From Paraspadella gotoi (taxonomy: Eukaryota; Animalia; Chaetognatha), in NCBI GenBank assembly GCA_051294375.1, contig CM119267.1, forward strand, positions 18,943,439 to 19,007,438: a DNA stretch of 64,000 nucleotides. Reading direction: 5' to 3'. Below the pieces are notes generated by a model. The model was not told the DNA's origin, made no database searches, and worked only from the letters and a program-made list of their open reading frames with translations. The position numbers and the translations under genes are program-made. Every line of letters begins with the position of its first letter. Within the stretch, counting starts at the first letter, position 1. This document shows, piece after piece, positions 42,160-56,377 of the stretch.

Positions 42160-42965
42160 AATGCAACAGCGCGTACGCATGATTTCTCTCTTAAATCATG
42201 AAAGAACAACAATGAAATACGTTGGTATGTTATTATTAGAACAAGATATTCATTTAATGAAAATAATAATGGCATATAATCACTTCCTAGCGTAAGATGT
42301 ATAACACTCATTATATTATGTTGTAATTGAATGCTTTTTTGTTAGACTATTCGTTGAAAGAAGTTCATTTCGTTGCGTTTTAAAATTAAAGGAGACAAAT
42401 AGAAGAGTTTATTTCTGTTTACAAAACAACTAAGTTTTATTTTGAAATGGACATGTTTCTACTTTTTTTCGAGAATTCTTAAGCGCAATTCACATTGCGA
42501 ACGCCTATTGCTCTAATGTGATGCATATGAGTCCGTCCTTCCTCTCAACACATTCACATTTGCTGCATAGAAGAGGACTCGAAAAAGAGTCGAACATGTC
42601 CGTTTCAAAATAAACCCTTTTGTAAACGAAAAATAAAACTTTTGTTTTCTCTCTTAATTGTCAGACATTGGTATATGAATATTTATTTGAGAAATTAATA
42701 ACGACGCTTATCAGCGTTCTATTAATTTCGCGTCATTGTTTTTAAAAGACAGCTCTTTTTCTTAACGTTGTATCAATTTAAAGTGTAGAAAAATTTTTAA
42801 TGATAAACTGTTTCTTATCATCATCTTATGCCAATTCCCATCAGAAATGTTATTAAAGATAAAAATAACATGGTTAATAATTTGATTACATACTCTATGA
42901 TAAATAACATACTGTCTTAACTGGTATTTTTAATTAGTGAGAAAAGTTATAGTACAGGGCGCTAC
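42160..42965. mobile_element. ~800 bp MITE/foldback-like inverted repeat
   Basis: attttgaaatggacatgtttctacttttttttcgag (~42439) pairs with ctcgaaaaagagtcgaacatgtccgtttcaaaat (~42578). Weaker outer pairs gtatgttatt 42225 / aataacatac 42903 and tttctc 42183 / gagaaa 42939. Confidence 0.65.
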
Positions 42966-44085
42966 CGTCTGGTTTTTAAAAAAAATACTCTCCCAGCCTA
43001 AACATATACTAGAGCAACCTCTTATTCTAGCATTAACTATCCCGCCAATGGGAGGCGGGACTCGAATTAGCTGACGTTGTCCTAAAGATAGCGGTAGCGT
43101 GACCCAAATTTAAATTTTTTAATGGAAACAGCTTTAAACGAATCCATTATTTAGTATTAGTTATTGTGTTAAAAAATTTTTTTGCATACAATGTTCGAAC
43201 CATGAGTAAATTCGTTAATTAAAATTATATATTGGCCTCAATATAATGTCAAGAAATCGTTTTTTAGATATTTTTAAGTTTTTTTTAATTGATTCTTAAT
43301 AGAGCTCGAAAAAGTTAAACAAAAATGGTAATTAAAACTTTTTAAATCTTTGATGTTTATTATTAAAAATTAGCAAAAAACTATTAAAAATTATCAGAAT
43401 GATGATGATGAGGATTGATTTTTTTAGGTTTTTCGCCGCAATTTCGACCCCACTTATCATCAAAAATTTATTGAAACAAGAATTATACTTTGTGTAGACA
43501 TCTTTTAAAGTAAGCTATCTGAATTCTGCTTTTAAAAAATCATAGAAATGTAGAATTTCATTTGGCAGCAAGGTTCCCAAATCAAAACCTTCTGACCACC
43601 CAATTGACAAACTTTTGGCTCTACTAAGACATGACTGATAATAGTAAATTTAATAATAACTAAAAAATAGTTTGAGCGTCTGTAGTCAGTAAATATCCAT
43701 AAACCGATATAAAACAATGAGCAACACAGAGCACCTAGACAGAGTATTTTATTTTCAATAATGGCTGGTCTAAGTTTAGAACAAGATTGAGGGGGCGCGG
43801 ACGACGGACGACAAAGTGGAATTAATAGGAGTCGTAATTGCTGAAGGCTCTGGGAAATTCATGTGATTTGAGAAAAAACATTCCAGAAATAACTCTTGGG
43901 GTGGTGAGTAATGGACGCAGTCACCTTTAACTTTAAAACCTAGTAGCATCTATCAAGTATTTTTCAAACGTCAACCTCTTATATGATTAAGTATAATTCG
44001 GGGTTTGTATTTGCCGGGATAATTTTAAGCGACAAAATATTTATTGTATATTCGCGTACTTTCCGCCCATCGTTAAGCCAGTGTT

Positions 44086-44400
44086 TTATTATCACTTTTG
44101 GGAATAACACAACTGAAGTTTTATGCCAGCGATTCGACCACCAGTCATTCTAAGAGCAATGTTCAAACTTACTAACTGCTTCGCCTATCACGGAGTGTTG
44201 AGTAGAATGATTATAATTTCAAAATTAAGCTAAACTTTTTTTATTATCAACTTTTTGGGGAAATAAAAACTGATTTTGGCCAGGATTCGACCCCGCGTAA
44301 TTGTTAAACGGTTGTCTAACACTCGTACTAACTGGCTTCGCCACCTGAGTTTTGAAAAGAACGTTTATAAATTTCAGAATTAAAGCTTAAAGCTTACAGC
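44086..44400 (-). repeat. Tandem pair of 155-bp units, each with a tRNA-like (A-box/B-box) core; SINE-like or pseudo-tRNA
   Basis: Units start at 44086 and 44241. The minus strand of unit 2 reads GTGGCGAAGCCAGTTAG (A-box-like), then ~30 nt, then GGGGTCGAATCCTGGCC (B-box-like). Confidence 0.55.
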
Positions 44401-46107
44401 TTACTTTTTCGTGAGAAGAATCCTAAGGGTTACGAAACGATGTGGTTAAAAAATACGTTTAAGCAATGCGTAAATTTTATTTTCATAAAAATAATCAAAG
44501 CTTAAACGTGTTGTTAAAATAACGTTATATCGTGAAATTTTATTATTCATAAAACATACTTCTCCAATTATTTTTTGATATCTATTTCTTTCAATTATTT
44601 TAACTTTGGATGCAGTGGTTTTGTAATGGGTTTCACAATGCTGACGGTATTTGTCAATGTCTAATATATTTGTCCAAAATTTGGGAAGCGGCCAACAAAT
44701 AACGCTTATAGCGAACTGTATATAATAGTTGTGCTTATTTTGTATAAAATAAAGAACTTTCAAAGTCCCGAGACAAATTGCATTCTATTTTTTTAACCAT
44801 AGAATTACCGGTCACTGCTTAGCTTAAAGTTGACCATAAAAGGTCTTGTCAACACTCTGTCAAAGCACTGGTCACGAGGAAAGTAACTCAAATTGTGACC
44901 TGTCGAAGCGTGTCGCAAAGTTGGTCACTCAGAGACGAGGTTTGATGTGACCGTCACATGGAAGGAAAGATATTGTGTGAGCAGTGTCCCACTGGCACGG
45001 TCACACTTTCCAGCCAATTCAGGTCGTTCGATCAGTCGCGCATTATAAGCGAAGAAGATATTCATAGTATCCTTCCTTTCCATCCTTTTTTTCTCCNNNN
45101 NNNNNNNNNNNNNNNNNNNNNTTTTTTTTCTCACCGAAAGAGCCCCTTCTTTCTCGGCGTTCGGCGTTCGCCTTGTTTGGAGACAAAAGAGGAAGAATCG
45201 TTTTTGAGACGAAATGACGCGGAATTCCATTGAAGGCGAGAGGACGAGGAGCCACGCCCCACTCCGAGGAGGGTCGGAGGGAGATGGGGAAATTGTTAGG
45301 GGGTGGGGATGGAGAAAGGGACACAAAAAAAAAGAGTTTTTAATGAGGAGGGTGGGAGGTGGAGCTGACCCCTTTTTTTAGGAAATGACGACGTCGCTGA
45401 CTAATCGACGTTGGAATCGTTTNNNNNNNNNNGCCTGTGAGATCACTCGTTAAGATTGGAAGATTAAGATTAAGATTAAAAGTTTAAAATTTTCTATATC
45501 CACGAATGAAACTCGTATTCTCGCTCCTTTTATTTCAAATTTAAGCTACAAGTATACGCAAAAAATATTTGCTTTTAAAATTCCGAATTTCAATTTCCAA
45601 ATTGTAACGTGTAAATTACTAGAGAGCATGTAACCTTTTTTTTCTCTTTCGCCATAAACGTGAGGCGGGAAAATCAAACGATTTTCCTACGACTTTTCAC
45701 TACTCGGTTTTTTCCCTCCATTTTTTTTTCGCTTTTAAATTCATCAATCACGATTTTTTTTTTCTAAAGTGAAGTCATATATCCCTTATTTTTCTTTCCC
45801 TACACTTTCAATATACATATTCGGCCATCCTTAAAATCATCCGTCATGATTTATCAATCCTTGCATCTATATAAATAGCGATCTAACTCTCAATGTAATA
45901 CATATAGACCATATCCTTCGGATGCCGCAGAAGGAACGTTGCTGCAGACAACGACGATGCTGCGGTCGGCGACCAAATTAGCGAAACTCTTTCTCAACTC
46001 TGCTCCAGAGTTAACTATTCATTAGTTGTTTTTTTTTCTCTCTTTTTTCACCATCCCTCGTTATTTTGTTCAAAAGCTTCCAACTGTTCCATAAATCTCT
46101 TCCCAAC

Positions 46108-46162
<55 letters not shown>

Positions 46163-49100
46163 TTATTTTTCTTGGGTTTCTCTAGAGTATTATAAAAGAT
46201 TCTTTTTTTTCCTGCGACTCAATGAATAACGACTTCCTACTTATCATTTTTACTTTCGCAGTAGCAGCTAGCTTTTATTGTTCCCGCTCTCGATTGTATG
46301 GACACTTTTCAGTAGAATTCAGGAATTCAGGAATATGATTAATCATTTTAACAATCCTAAATAAGTAATAGTGAAATAATACATTTTTTTAGAGTTTTAA
46401 TTAATTTAATTCACACTTTTAGGATATTTTTTTTTTTTATTAAAACAAGTTTATAATGGCAAATATTACTATCGCTTTTCAGTTAGGATTTTATTTTAGG
46501 GTTATAACATTTCATTTTATAACATTTCATATTTTTGTTGTTTTTGTTTTTGCGTATTATTTTTGAACGTTTTATACTTGACGTTTTTCGTTTTTTACTG
46601 TTTCTGGTTTTTATGATATTAACGTCTGATCTTTTCATAACATTAAAAATATGAAATGAAATGTTACATCTTTATCTTTATCAGTGTAGTTTTTTTTTAC
46701 TTTTTATTTTATTTTATTTTAAACTGTTATTTATAACGTTACCCTTCCTGTCTTTTTAAGCTGTTGTTGATACCGTTACTGTTAATGTATTGTGTTAATA
46801 TCGTTTTTTATTTATTTTATTTATTATTTTTATATCGGTTGTACCAATTTCATAACAATATAGAAAACTGAAAAACAAAGTAATCTAACCTTGGGTAAGG
46901 TAGATGCACCCTCTATTTCCAGAAGACAACGCTAACGTCCCCAATTATATTATTATATTAAAATATTTAACACTAAAATTATTTTAACAAATAAATAAAA
47001 CCATAAAAAATAGTTATTTTTAAATTAAAAAAATAAATATAGTGAAACAAGTAATTTTGTTTCTTTCATACTAACAAACCTTATGTTACATATTTCATTT
47101 TGTCATTTTTGAGTAGAAATTTGGAAAAAATCTTTCGAATAATTAACGGTTTTTTTCTCAAAGCGACGGGCGGGTTGGGGTTTGTCTTTCGCCTCAGCTG
47201 TCTCTTTGTCTCTTTTTTTCTCTTTTCTTGGTTTTTTCAGGAAAACAATAATAACACAAGTCTTTCCATCAGCGAATGCGGGCCCCTGCGTGCCATACAT
47301 TCTTGCCTGTTCGCTTTCTGTTCTTCGGTGGCGCAGCGGTGCGGAAGTTGAAAGAGGAGAAGAGAGAGAGAGAAAGAGAGAGAAGAGAGAGGAGGAGAGA
47401 GAGAAGAGAGAGATGAGAGCTGAGAGTTGTCAGAGGAGGAGAGTGAGGGAGAGAAGAAGAGAAGACAGTAGTAGTCGCAGAGCGGAAGTCGAGAGAAGAA
47501 TAATAAAATTTAATCACTCATTGAAACCTGAGCATAATTTACACATTACACAATACGGGAGGCTAAGATTAAAATAATCATGGGGCATTTCACAGGGGAA
47601 GAGAGAAAATGGAGGAGAGAGGAGAGGAGAGCGAGAGAGAGAGGAGAGTAGAGAGATAGGAGAGGAGGAGAGAGAGGAGAGGGAGAGAGAGAGGAGAGAG
47701 GGAGAAGAAAGAGCAGAGAGCAGAGACGGGCCTTTTAAAAAAGGTTTTGATTACTTCAATCATTGTTGTGCTGCCTAAGCTGCCTTTTCTGACTTCGAAA
47801 TAATACACAAACAAGCCAAACCATTGAAATAAAAAACAAAAGAAAAAAAAACTATAAAAACCACAAAAGACAAGAGCTCTAAAAGTGACTAAAAAAAAAT
47901 AGAATACAACTCGTTAACAACTATTCCTGGAAAATAGGGCCAAAAGAAAAAAAAGATATACTACGAATATCTTACTCTCCTTCTTTCGTTCGAAATAGGA
48001 AGACGCGAGCCAAGCGGACGACGACAACGACGACGACGGGACGACAGTCGGAACGAACGAGCGACCGGACGACACCTCGTTCGGGTGTTCAAGGGCCAAG
48101 AGAGGAAATTGAAGACGCAAAATCCCGGTTTCGTTTAATCAGTTCTCATGATACATGTTTACGATCGTCGTTATTTCCTTTGGTTTTACCTCTCTTCGCT
48201 TCGCAAGATCGTCTCCGCATCTTCGGCCCGCGTCGTCTCTTCGATGCTGGCGCGTAGACTGCGGCATGCGCTTCTGTAGTATCTCGTGCGCGCGCGTTTT
48301 CATGTGCTCTCTCGCTCTCTCTCGTCGTCTCGATGTGTTCGTGCTCTCTCGTCTTCTCCTCTGCTCTTCTCTCTCTCTCGTCTCTCTCTCTCCTCTCTCT
48401 CTCTTTCCCTCTCTCTATCGTCTCTCTCTCCTTCTCCTTCTTTCCATTCGTAGACGAGTAACGAATGAATCTCCACATTTTACTCCTTCGCGTACTGAAA
48501 TAATAAATACTTAACAATTATTTTCATTTTCATTTTTTCTTTGGATATTCGTGGTTAATTCGTTCGCGGATATAAAAGCCGATGAAAATGACGCTATTAA
48601 ACAAATACTAAAGGATATGATAAGTAATGAAGCGATTGCAAAAATTGGATGGTGATACCAATCGCCTTTTTACTGACTGATTAATTATGAAGTACAACAG
48701 ATAATTGTGTTCTCGGCGCTGGAAGTGAAACAGAAAATTCCTGTTCTGCGAAAAGTATATCAAATAAAAAAGAACCTAAAAAACAAAGATGAAAAAAAAG
48801 AACTTCATTCAACAAGAATGCCGAATCTTTCGTGATGTATTTAGCGTTGCTATTTTGTCGAACCTTTTTTTATGAGATCGTAAAAATTAAACTCTCCGAT
48901 AAAAAAGCTAAAAATAGTTTGGAAATTTTTCTCCAATAAAATCGAAAATTCATTTAAGTGTTCCGGGAAAGTAATTACTGGATATGTATCTCGGGACTTA
49001 CGTCAGTTTTTAGTGAAAACCTAATTAATATCATGCGTTCAAATAGAAGATGAATCGAATGGAGCGACCGGCGCATCTGTTCGATCCTCACGGCTCCTGG

Positions 49101-49563
49101 AACCTGCCAGATTCTGGCAGGAACTCCTCCTCCGCAAGAAATCAATCATATCCGGGTCTCAGTTGACCTAAGTCCGACATCCGTCGGCTTCCAGGGCTTT
49201 ACCTCGCTTCTCCTCAACAGAGGGCACTCCTGGACGGGCGATAGAAAGAACGAACGACGGGGAGGAAACTGGGTTCGATATAAACAAAAGAGTCGACGAA
49301 CCGGGGACAGAACTGGCATCGCATGACCGAGTTCATGATGTACGCAACCTCAAAACGTCGCCGGGTGAGCGCTTTCGTTCGAAATGCGTGAGAGGGCTTC
49401 GGTGAAATTTTAAGGGATATAAAGAGAAAATAGAAAAAATGGCTGTGAGAGAAGGAAGCGTGCGAGTCTGGAGAGGGGAAGAGGGAAAAAAGGTTTTGTT
49501 TATTTATGTTTCGCTTGTGACTTTTTTCTGAGAAAGAATGAGATGAGAGAAGAGGGAGGAGAG

Positions 49564-49611
<48 letters not shown>

Positions 49612-50296
49612 GAGAAAGCGTGAAGCCGAGTTTTTATAAAACATTTTTTTTTGTCTCAGATTTCACTTTTTTTGTTTTCCTTCTGTCAAACGTGTTTTTT
49701 TTCTTTTTCGGCAAGCCTTTTAAATTTGATCTTTTTCTTTTTTCCTTTTTTTTTTAAAAACTTTTTATTTCAAGGTTTTTATTTCGTTCTTGTACGACGC
49801 TGTGCGGTTTTTTCTTTCTTTCCTTTTCCTTGTATTTCTCTTTCTCCTTTTCCTTTATTTGTTTCTTTTCTCTTGTCCCCCCTTTTTTCCTTTTTTTCAT
49901 TCTTCGTATGTTTCGCTTTCCTAAATGCGGAAGAAGGGCGGAGAAGGTAAACAGAATTTTGGGGAGGAGAGTAGAGGAGAAGAGAAGAAAGAGAGAGAGA
50001 AGGAGAGAGAGAGAGCAGAGAGAGAGAGAAGAGGAGAGAGAAGAGAGGAGAGAGAGAGAGAGAGAATTGGCGAGTTCTCTTTTGAGATCTGAAAATGAAA
50101 ACCGATCTCACGGTTGTGAATTCTCTGATTTTTTTTGAAAATGATGTGAAAGAATAAGGTTAAGTTGGAAAAATGTATTAGTAAAGATTCGAAAACAAGA
50201 GAGTGAGAGAGAGAGTGAGAGAGAGAGAGGAGGAGAGGAGAGATGAGAGAGAAGAGAGGGAGAAGAGAGAAAGGAGGAGGAGAGAGAGAGAAAGTA

Positions 50297-50327
<31 letters not shown>

Positions 50328-50921
50328 TGGAGAGAGAGAGAGACGGTAAAAGACTGGAAAGGAAGTGGCGGGGACTGTCATCGTTTCGTTTCCTTCCTTA
50401 AATCTTTTTTTTCTGTCTTTGGCTTTTACTTCACGCACAATAGAAGTGAGATTAGAATTGGACGAGCGGGTACGAAGGACACAATATACGATTTGGATTA
50501 TTAACTTCGTAATAGATAGATGAGCAAGACATGATAAGAGAAATGCATATTTGATTAAACATGACGCCTTGTATGTATTTTTTTCAAGTGAATTCGATTT
50601 CAAAAGAGAAAAATATAGAAAGAAGGGCGATAGTATCTTGAGCTCGTGAGGAATTGTGACACCAAAAGAAATGAGGCAGAATGAAAGTAAGAGAGAGAGA
50701 GAGAGAAAGGAGAGAGAGAGAAGGAGACGAGAGGAGAGAGAGAGAGAGAGAGACGGGAGGAGAGAGATGAGAGAGACGAGAGAGAGAGAGAGATTTCGTC
50801 CGGAAAAAAGGTGAACCAAGAGATCGTGGAGAACGTGATGTTAAAAGCGCACGGAACTTGTGGAAACTTCCCGCAGCAATCGAGGCCGATGAAGAGCCGA
50901 TTGTGGGGCTGTGAGATGGAG

Positions 50922-50952
<31 letters not shown>

Positions 50953-53900
50953 CGCAGAGAGAGAGAGAGAGATGAGAGGAGAGATGAGAGAGAGGGTTAC
51001 GGAAGGAAGCGTTGAAAGGGAGAAAATGAAATTGGATTAATTCCTCTCTCTTCGGTCCTCAACGACAAAATGGAAGAATTTGAAATGCGATTCTGCGATG
51101 TCTTGTTTACGCCCGCGAGCGGTGTACTAAAGATGTGGAATTACTGTTTTTTTTTTGATGTCTTATTTATATAATTTTAAAGTAATTGTCACGTAGGTTA
51201 GAATAAAAATATATATATAAACATGTTCCAAACAGCTATCATCGTGCCGCAGAAGGCGGCAAGACAGCTGTCGCGCTGCCTTCCACGATCACGCAAGAAA
51301 GATTTGAAGCTACCGGAACGTTCCAAATATCTAAGGCTCTTCAGCTATGCTGGCACTGCGGATTCAGTTCGCGATTCTACTTTCAACCTTATTCGCGCAA
51401 TCAGCTAGGCACAGTCGCGAAACGCGAGATTCCCAACGATTGATTGCGGTGCCTGTCAAGGGGAGTGCGGAGGATTATTCCTTTAAAATGCTTGATAGCA
51501 GGAGGTCTAATTGTCCTCATCCTCAAAGGGGATTTTCTTATTTGTACCCACCTCGTCCAAGTCGCGAAGGAGATTAAATCTCGCACTTTATCCTCTCTCC
51601 GTTCACAACTCTCTCCGTCGTCTTGCAAACAGGTCGTTCTCTCTCGTTACTCGCTTTCGGCCTCTCTCGGAGATGGCGGTCTTCGTCGATTCGCTTCTTA
51701 CGTTCTCTATTCCTTCTTTCTACTCTTCGCTCTTTTCCGATCGGCTGCTCTTTTCCCGTCCGTCTTTCCCCAGAGTCTTCAAGTGGATTATATTAACGGT
51801 CGAAAAATCTCGACGCGTAATGCGTGTTTTTATAATATTTCCTACTCGGGAAATTCCCCGGCGCCGTCCACGGAAAACCAGATCCCAAGATGGAGCGGGA
51901 GGCTTGGCTCTTAACTCCGGGCTTTCATTATCATTTTCTGCAGGGGGCGAGGGACACGATGGACGGGACTTATAAATCACGACGTCTCCCGAGATCCGTT
52001 CGATCAACGATGCTCGAAAGCAGTTTTTGATTCACGAACCCGCGAGAATTTACTTTGGGTATGGATGATTAATGATTCGGTTCATCGCAAGACCTGGACG
52101 TTTTTTGAAATTAGGTTTGTCACGGAGAGGTTGGTGGTTACCGATTGTATTTCGACTCTGCTTGGTTGATTTGCTTGTAATATATGAACTGAAGAGGCCA
52201 GTTAAGTTTTCATTTGAGAACTTTTTTTCGAGAGATGGTAATTTATTTTAATAGCCATTAGATGTTCGGAAGTGGTCATCCATGTTGGCACAAAATTATA
52301 CCTGGTTAAATATATAGGAAAAGTATTGTCGAGTTCGTTTAAAGATGGAGCTTCATGAATCTGCACCACAAGTAACTTCGGTGTATTTATATTAACGAAC
52401 CTTGCACGATCAGTTGCATAGTTGGCTACCGGTATTTCCGAACTGGCACTGTAAATAACTGTCACGACGTTCCACCCATTCTGGTTTCCATAATAACAAG
52501 ACGATCACTTCCGGCTGTCATAGTTCTCGCGCATCTACACATCGTTCGTACTCTTTTATTTCCACAGCGCTACAAACTGTAAATCCGTAAATTATTAACA
52601 AATGAAGGTCTGCATTGGTGAGAATGCGGATGCCTGTTTTCAGTGTCCCAATAGGGTTTACTTTCTATACCTCTGTCGACGGAAAGAAAGTCGAACTAGA
52701 ACGAGTTGAAGAGAACGGGTTCTGAAAAGGTCCGCAGGGACAGGGAAAGATGACCGCAATTCAGGTTCGATAAGAACGGCCAGGGGCATGGGCGAGGTCA
52801 CGCAAATTTCCACGTCACTGGAAGAGCAAATCTTCACTCGCGGTGTAGATGAGTCTCTCGATAATTGGCGGATATGCAGTGTGGAGATAGGTATAATAGA
52901 TTTCAGTCCTAGCGGGAATGTTTCTGGTAATAGTAGGTCTTTTATTTGTGTGGTGTTGTGGACCTGTTCGCAAAAATCCTCTAGAATGAAAATCGGAAAT
53001 CTAATAATCGACAGCCGTTGCTTTTTTATTTTTCATTTCCCTCAAACGGACTCGTATCTGTTTCAACGTCGTCGCTCGATCTGTTGATGATGACTGCGTG
53101 GACAAGCCTCGGGGGACTTCGCATGGGAACTCTTCTTATCACTGCTTTCGGTGGAAGAACGGGCCTTTCTCCCGTGCTGCCAAACGGGTTAATCTTCCTT
53201 GTCAGACGAAGTAAAGCTCAAGCTACATAAAGCCGAGGAGGACAGGTGGTGCAAGAAGCAGCAAAAAGAAGGCAAACAAAAGAAGAGTTTAGAAAACAGA
53301 TACATGCGATACAAATCCAAAAGGGGATATAAGTGCACGCAAAAAAGGGAGATGGATACTCGGTCCGTTAGACGGAGCCGCCCAGAAGGTTGAAAGAGGC
53401 GCGGAAAAACGCGGGGAGAAAAGAAAATAAACCCGGAAACGTTGTTGTTGAGGGGGAAAAGAAACATAATTTAAAAAAAACAAAACCAGATTTACCGCGG
53501 AAGTCTTTCGGGTCGGTATCTCGATGTTTCTTTTTTTTTGAAATGTTTTAATTCAATTCTGGGCCTTCGGGTGAAGCAGAGTTGAAAAACGTACTTGGAC
53601 GACTATTTTGCAGAATTGTAGTCCGGATTTTATTTTTTTTCTCGGCTGTCATTTTTTTGTATTTCTCCCTCCGTCTCCCGGCGCCGGGGCCTAAGTGGAG
53701 ATTGTCCATGGGTCCGTCTCCGCTCCTTTTGGTAGGGCCGGGTATGTTTCTCCTGCGAGAAATTCGTAAAGCGGATTGCTGCTGAGACTAAACTTTCTTT
53801 AGGCGGGAAATAGAAATTTATGACTTTTTTGCTTTTGTATTTGGCCTGTTTTGGGTTGTCTTTGGTTGCGAGAACCGTGTTAAAGAGAAAAAATAATATT

Positions 53901-55349
53901 TAATGTACTTGTTTAGAGCATTTCGAAGGATACAAGATATAAAAATTACATTTATTATTTCCGTAATTCGCCAATAATATTATTTCTCTTTACATAGCCA
54001 GCAAATCAACAATGCATTATGGTTTCAAATATAATAATTCAGATAGAGTTAATGTTTCCAACAGGTCAGAAGATTCGCGGCAGTTACGATAAATAAATAT
54101 AGGAAGCCATAATAGATTTTCTAATTAAAAAAATAATTAACATCATCCTATCCTATTAAGATTTTCGTGGATAATGTTGGATATTTTTGATTGCACATAA
54201 ACCTGATTCTATTCCTATTATAAAACGATAATAAGAGATGCACATACAATTTTCGTAATAAGAACACTGCTCGGTCCGGGAGTTAAATAAACAATAAAAA
54301 TTATTTTAAAATCCAATTTTAATATATAAAAAGATTAATATATATAGACAAAATTCATAACTATATATTAAATAAAATGATATAATATATTTTTTAATGA
54401 AAAAAAGACCTTACCACATTGACCGAAATATCCTTTATTCGGCTACTAAGTACTCTTTGTAAGTTTATAAATTTTATATTTTAAAACAATAATCTAACAG
54501 CTTGTCTAGCTTATAATATTAAAAATAATTAGTAGTAGAAATAGGCTAAAGTAAAAAATTTTAAAAAGGATTTGAATTCTTTACAAAAAGTTAATATTGT
54601 TACCAGAAAAAAGAATAAGTCCTTTTTAACAAATTTGGTTTAAAAATGTTTAAAAACTATGAATTTTTGTTTTAAATTTTTTTTCCATTTTTGGCTTAAT
54701 AATTAATAGTTAATTTTCTAAACTTTGACCAACTTAATAAAAAAATACAACATTCGTTTTGCTTCGTCCAGTTTCCGAAGTCTATTTTCTTCTCTCTTTA
54801 TCTATTGCCTCATAGCGTCTTACATCTTTCTATCTAACTTTCCACTTTTCAACTTTCTATTCCGTGTCCTCTTTCCGTTTTCCCGAAATTTCAGCCACAA
54901 CCCGATTCGTTTTCCGTCTCGCGAATTTCCGCCCGAAGATTTCTTACTTTCGCGCTTCGTCGGATTTCTTTGCTCAATCCGCGGACTAAAGTCACGTTTA
55001 TATCTAAATAAAACTAACAATTCATTCAATCACTCCAAATCCGGTCAATAATTCAACCGCGAATTTATGAAATCGATAAAACACGAACCTCACTTAATTA
55101 TTAATTATGTATTGTTATAAAAATCCCTTACGAATTGTAGGCAAATTTAAAGAATTACTTTTCATTTTTTGTTAGGCTATATCAAACTAATGCTGACCAT
55201 CGATCACGAGACAATAAATCTCTTTTTTTTTTTTTTAAGTTCGCCCAAAACGGCTCGAACTTCGTTCCGTCACTAACGGGCGACCGTTCTCGTCCGACTC
55301 ATCCTTCCAGAATAGGTTCTGCCGTCGGTTTCTGCCACTTAAAATCCAA

Positions 55350-55740
55350 ACCCAATCTGGCCTCGCCCATGCTGCCCGCTCTACCGTGCACCAGCCAAGT
55401 CTTTCGTCTTCATACTGTTGTACAGTACGCTCCCTTCCGCCAACGCTCCCTTTCTAGCCGGGGAGCAAACAGTATTAAATATAATGAACTGACCCCACGC
55501 CCCGACTTATTTTACCCAATCAGCAACCTCCCACCGCCGCAAACCTATCGTCCAATGCGATAGATACTCATCTCGCCACTTATTCTATGACCATGCTAGA
55601 ACCCACGTCGCCTTCCTATCTCCCAGCCCATCAGCCGTACCACTACGGCTAATTCAGACGACAAGCTTCCAACCTCCCATTTTCAGCCAATCAGACAACG
55701 GGCTTTCCTTCTCCGCGTTTTCAGGCCCAATCAGACGACG
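55350..55740 (+). promoter_or_regulatory. Cluster of same-strand CCAAT(CAG) boxes
   Basis: CCAAT at 55352, 55516, 55552, 55687 and 55727, with variants at 55627 and 55649. The last three share the extension TCAGAC(G/A)AC. Confidence 0.5.
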
Positions 55741-56377
55741 GATCCACGATCCACGCCAAACAATCAACAAAATTCTTCAACATACATTCCTAACGAGCCG
55801 CTTAAAAAGTGCCTCTTATCCGCTAGACCACCACCGATTAAATATCCGTGAATATTTCTATTGGTTTATTTAACTTTATTTTTTTCTTCTCATATACCTT
55901 GTGTTATTATGATTAAATCAAAGACCCACCCCGACCACATGCATCCTAAAGAATGCACCCGCCTGAATATTACTGCATGGTTTCCATATCGTCCACTCAC
56001 AAAAAGACTTCTAGTCTTATAGCGTTTTTTATTAGCATACGAGGCAGGTTTTAGTAAGCGCGGGGCATTGTTAGGGACTTTCCAACTGTTATTATCTAAA
56101 TGACTTTTAATTTTTCCTTTTTATTTTATTTAAATCTTGATTGATGTATATTTATGCAATCTGATATACATACTTTTTTAAAAAAGTCCTTGTTTTGAGT
56201 TGTGCAACCCCAACACCTAATCCTGCACAAGGGTACACTAGAGCGTAGTGAAACTTGCGTACTGAAAATGAATATAGGGACCCCAAAGTCTATCCGATTT
56301 TCGACTAACTTAATAAAAAAAAATAGTCCTCCTTGTGTTTAAACGCATCTCCTTTCCGTTGCGTGTGGCCATATCTA

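Noticed and set aside
49050-53450. Exon-like islands at 49050-49365, 51235-51580 and 52200-53400
   Set aside because: They are probably coding, but strand, frame and family could not be supported by any motif.
53440-53455. gttgttgttgag resembling the PacBio SMRTbell adapter
   Set aside because: The rest of the adapter is absent and the flanks are not mirror images.
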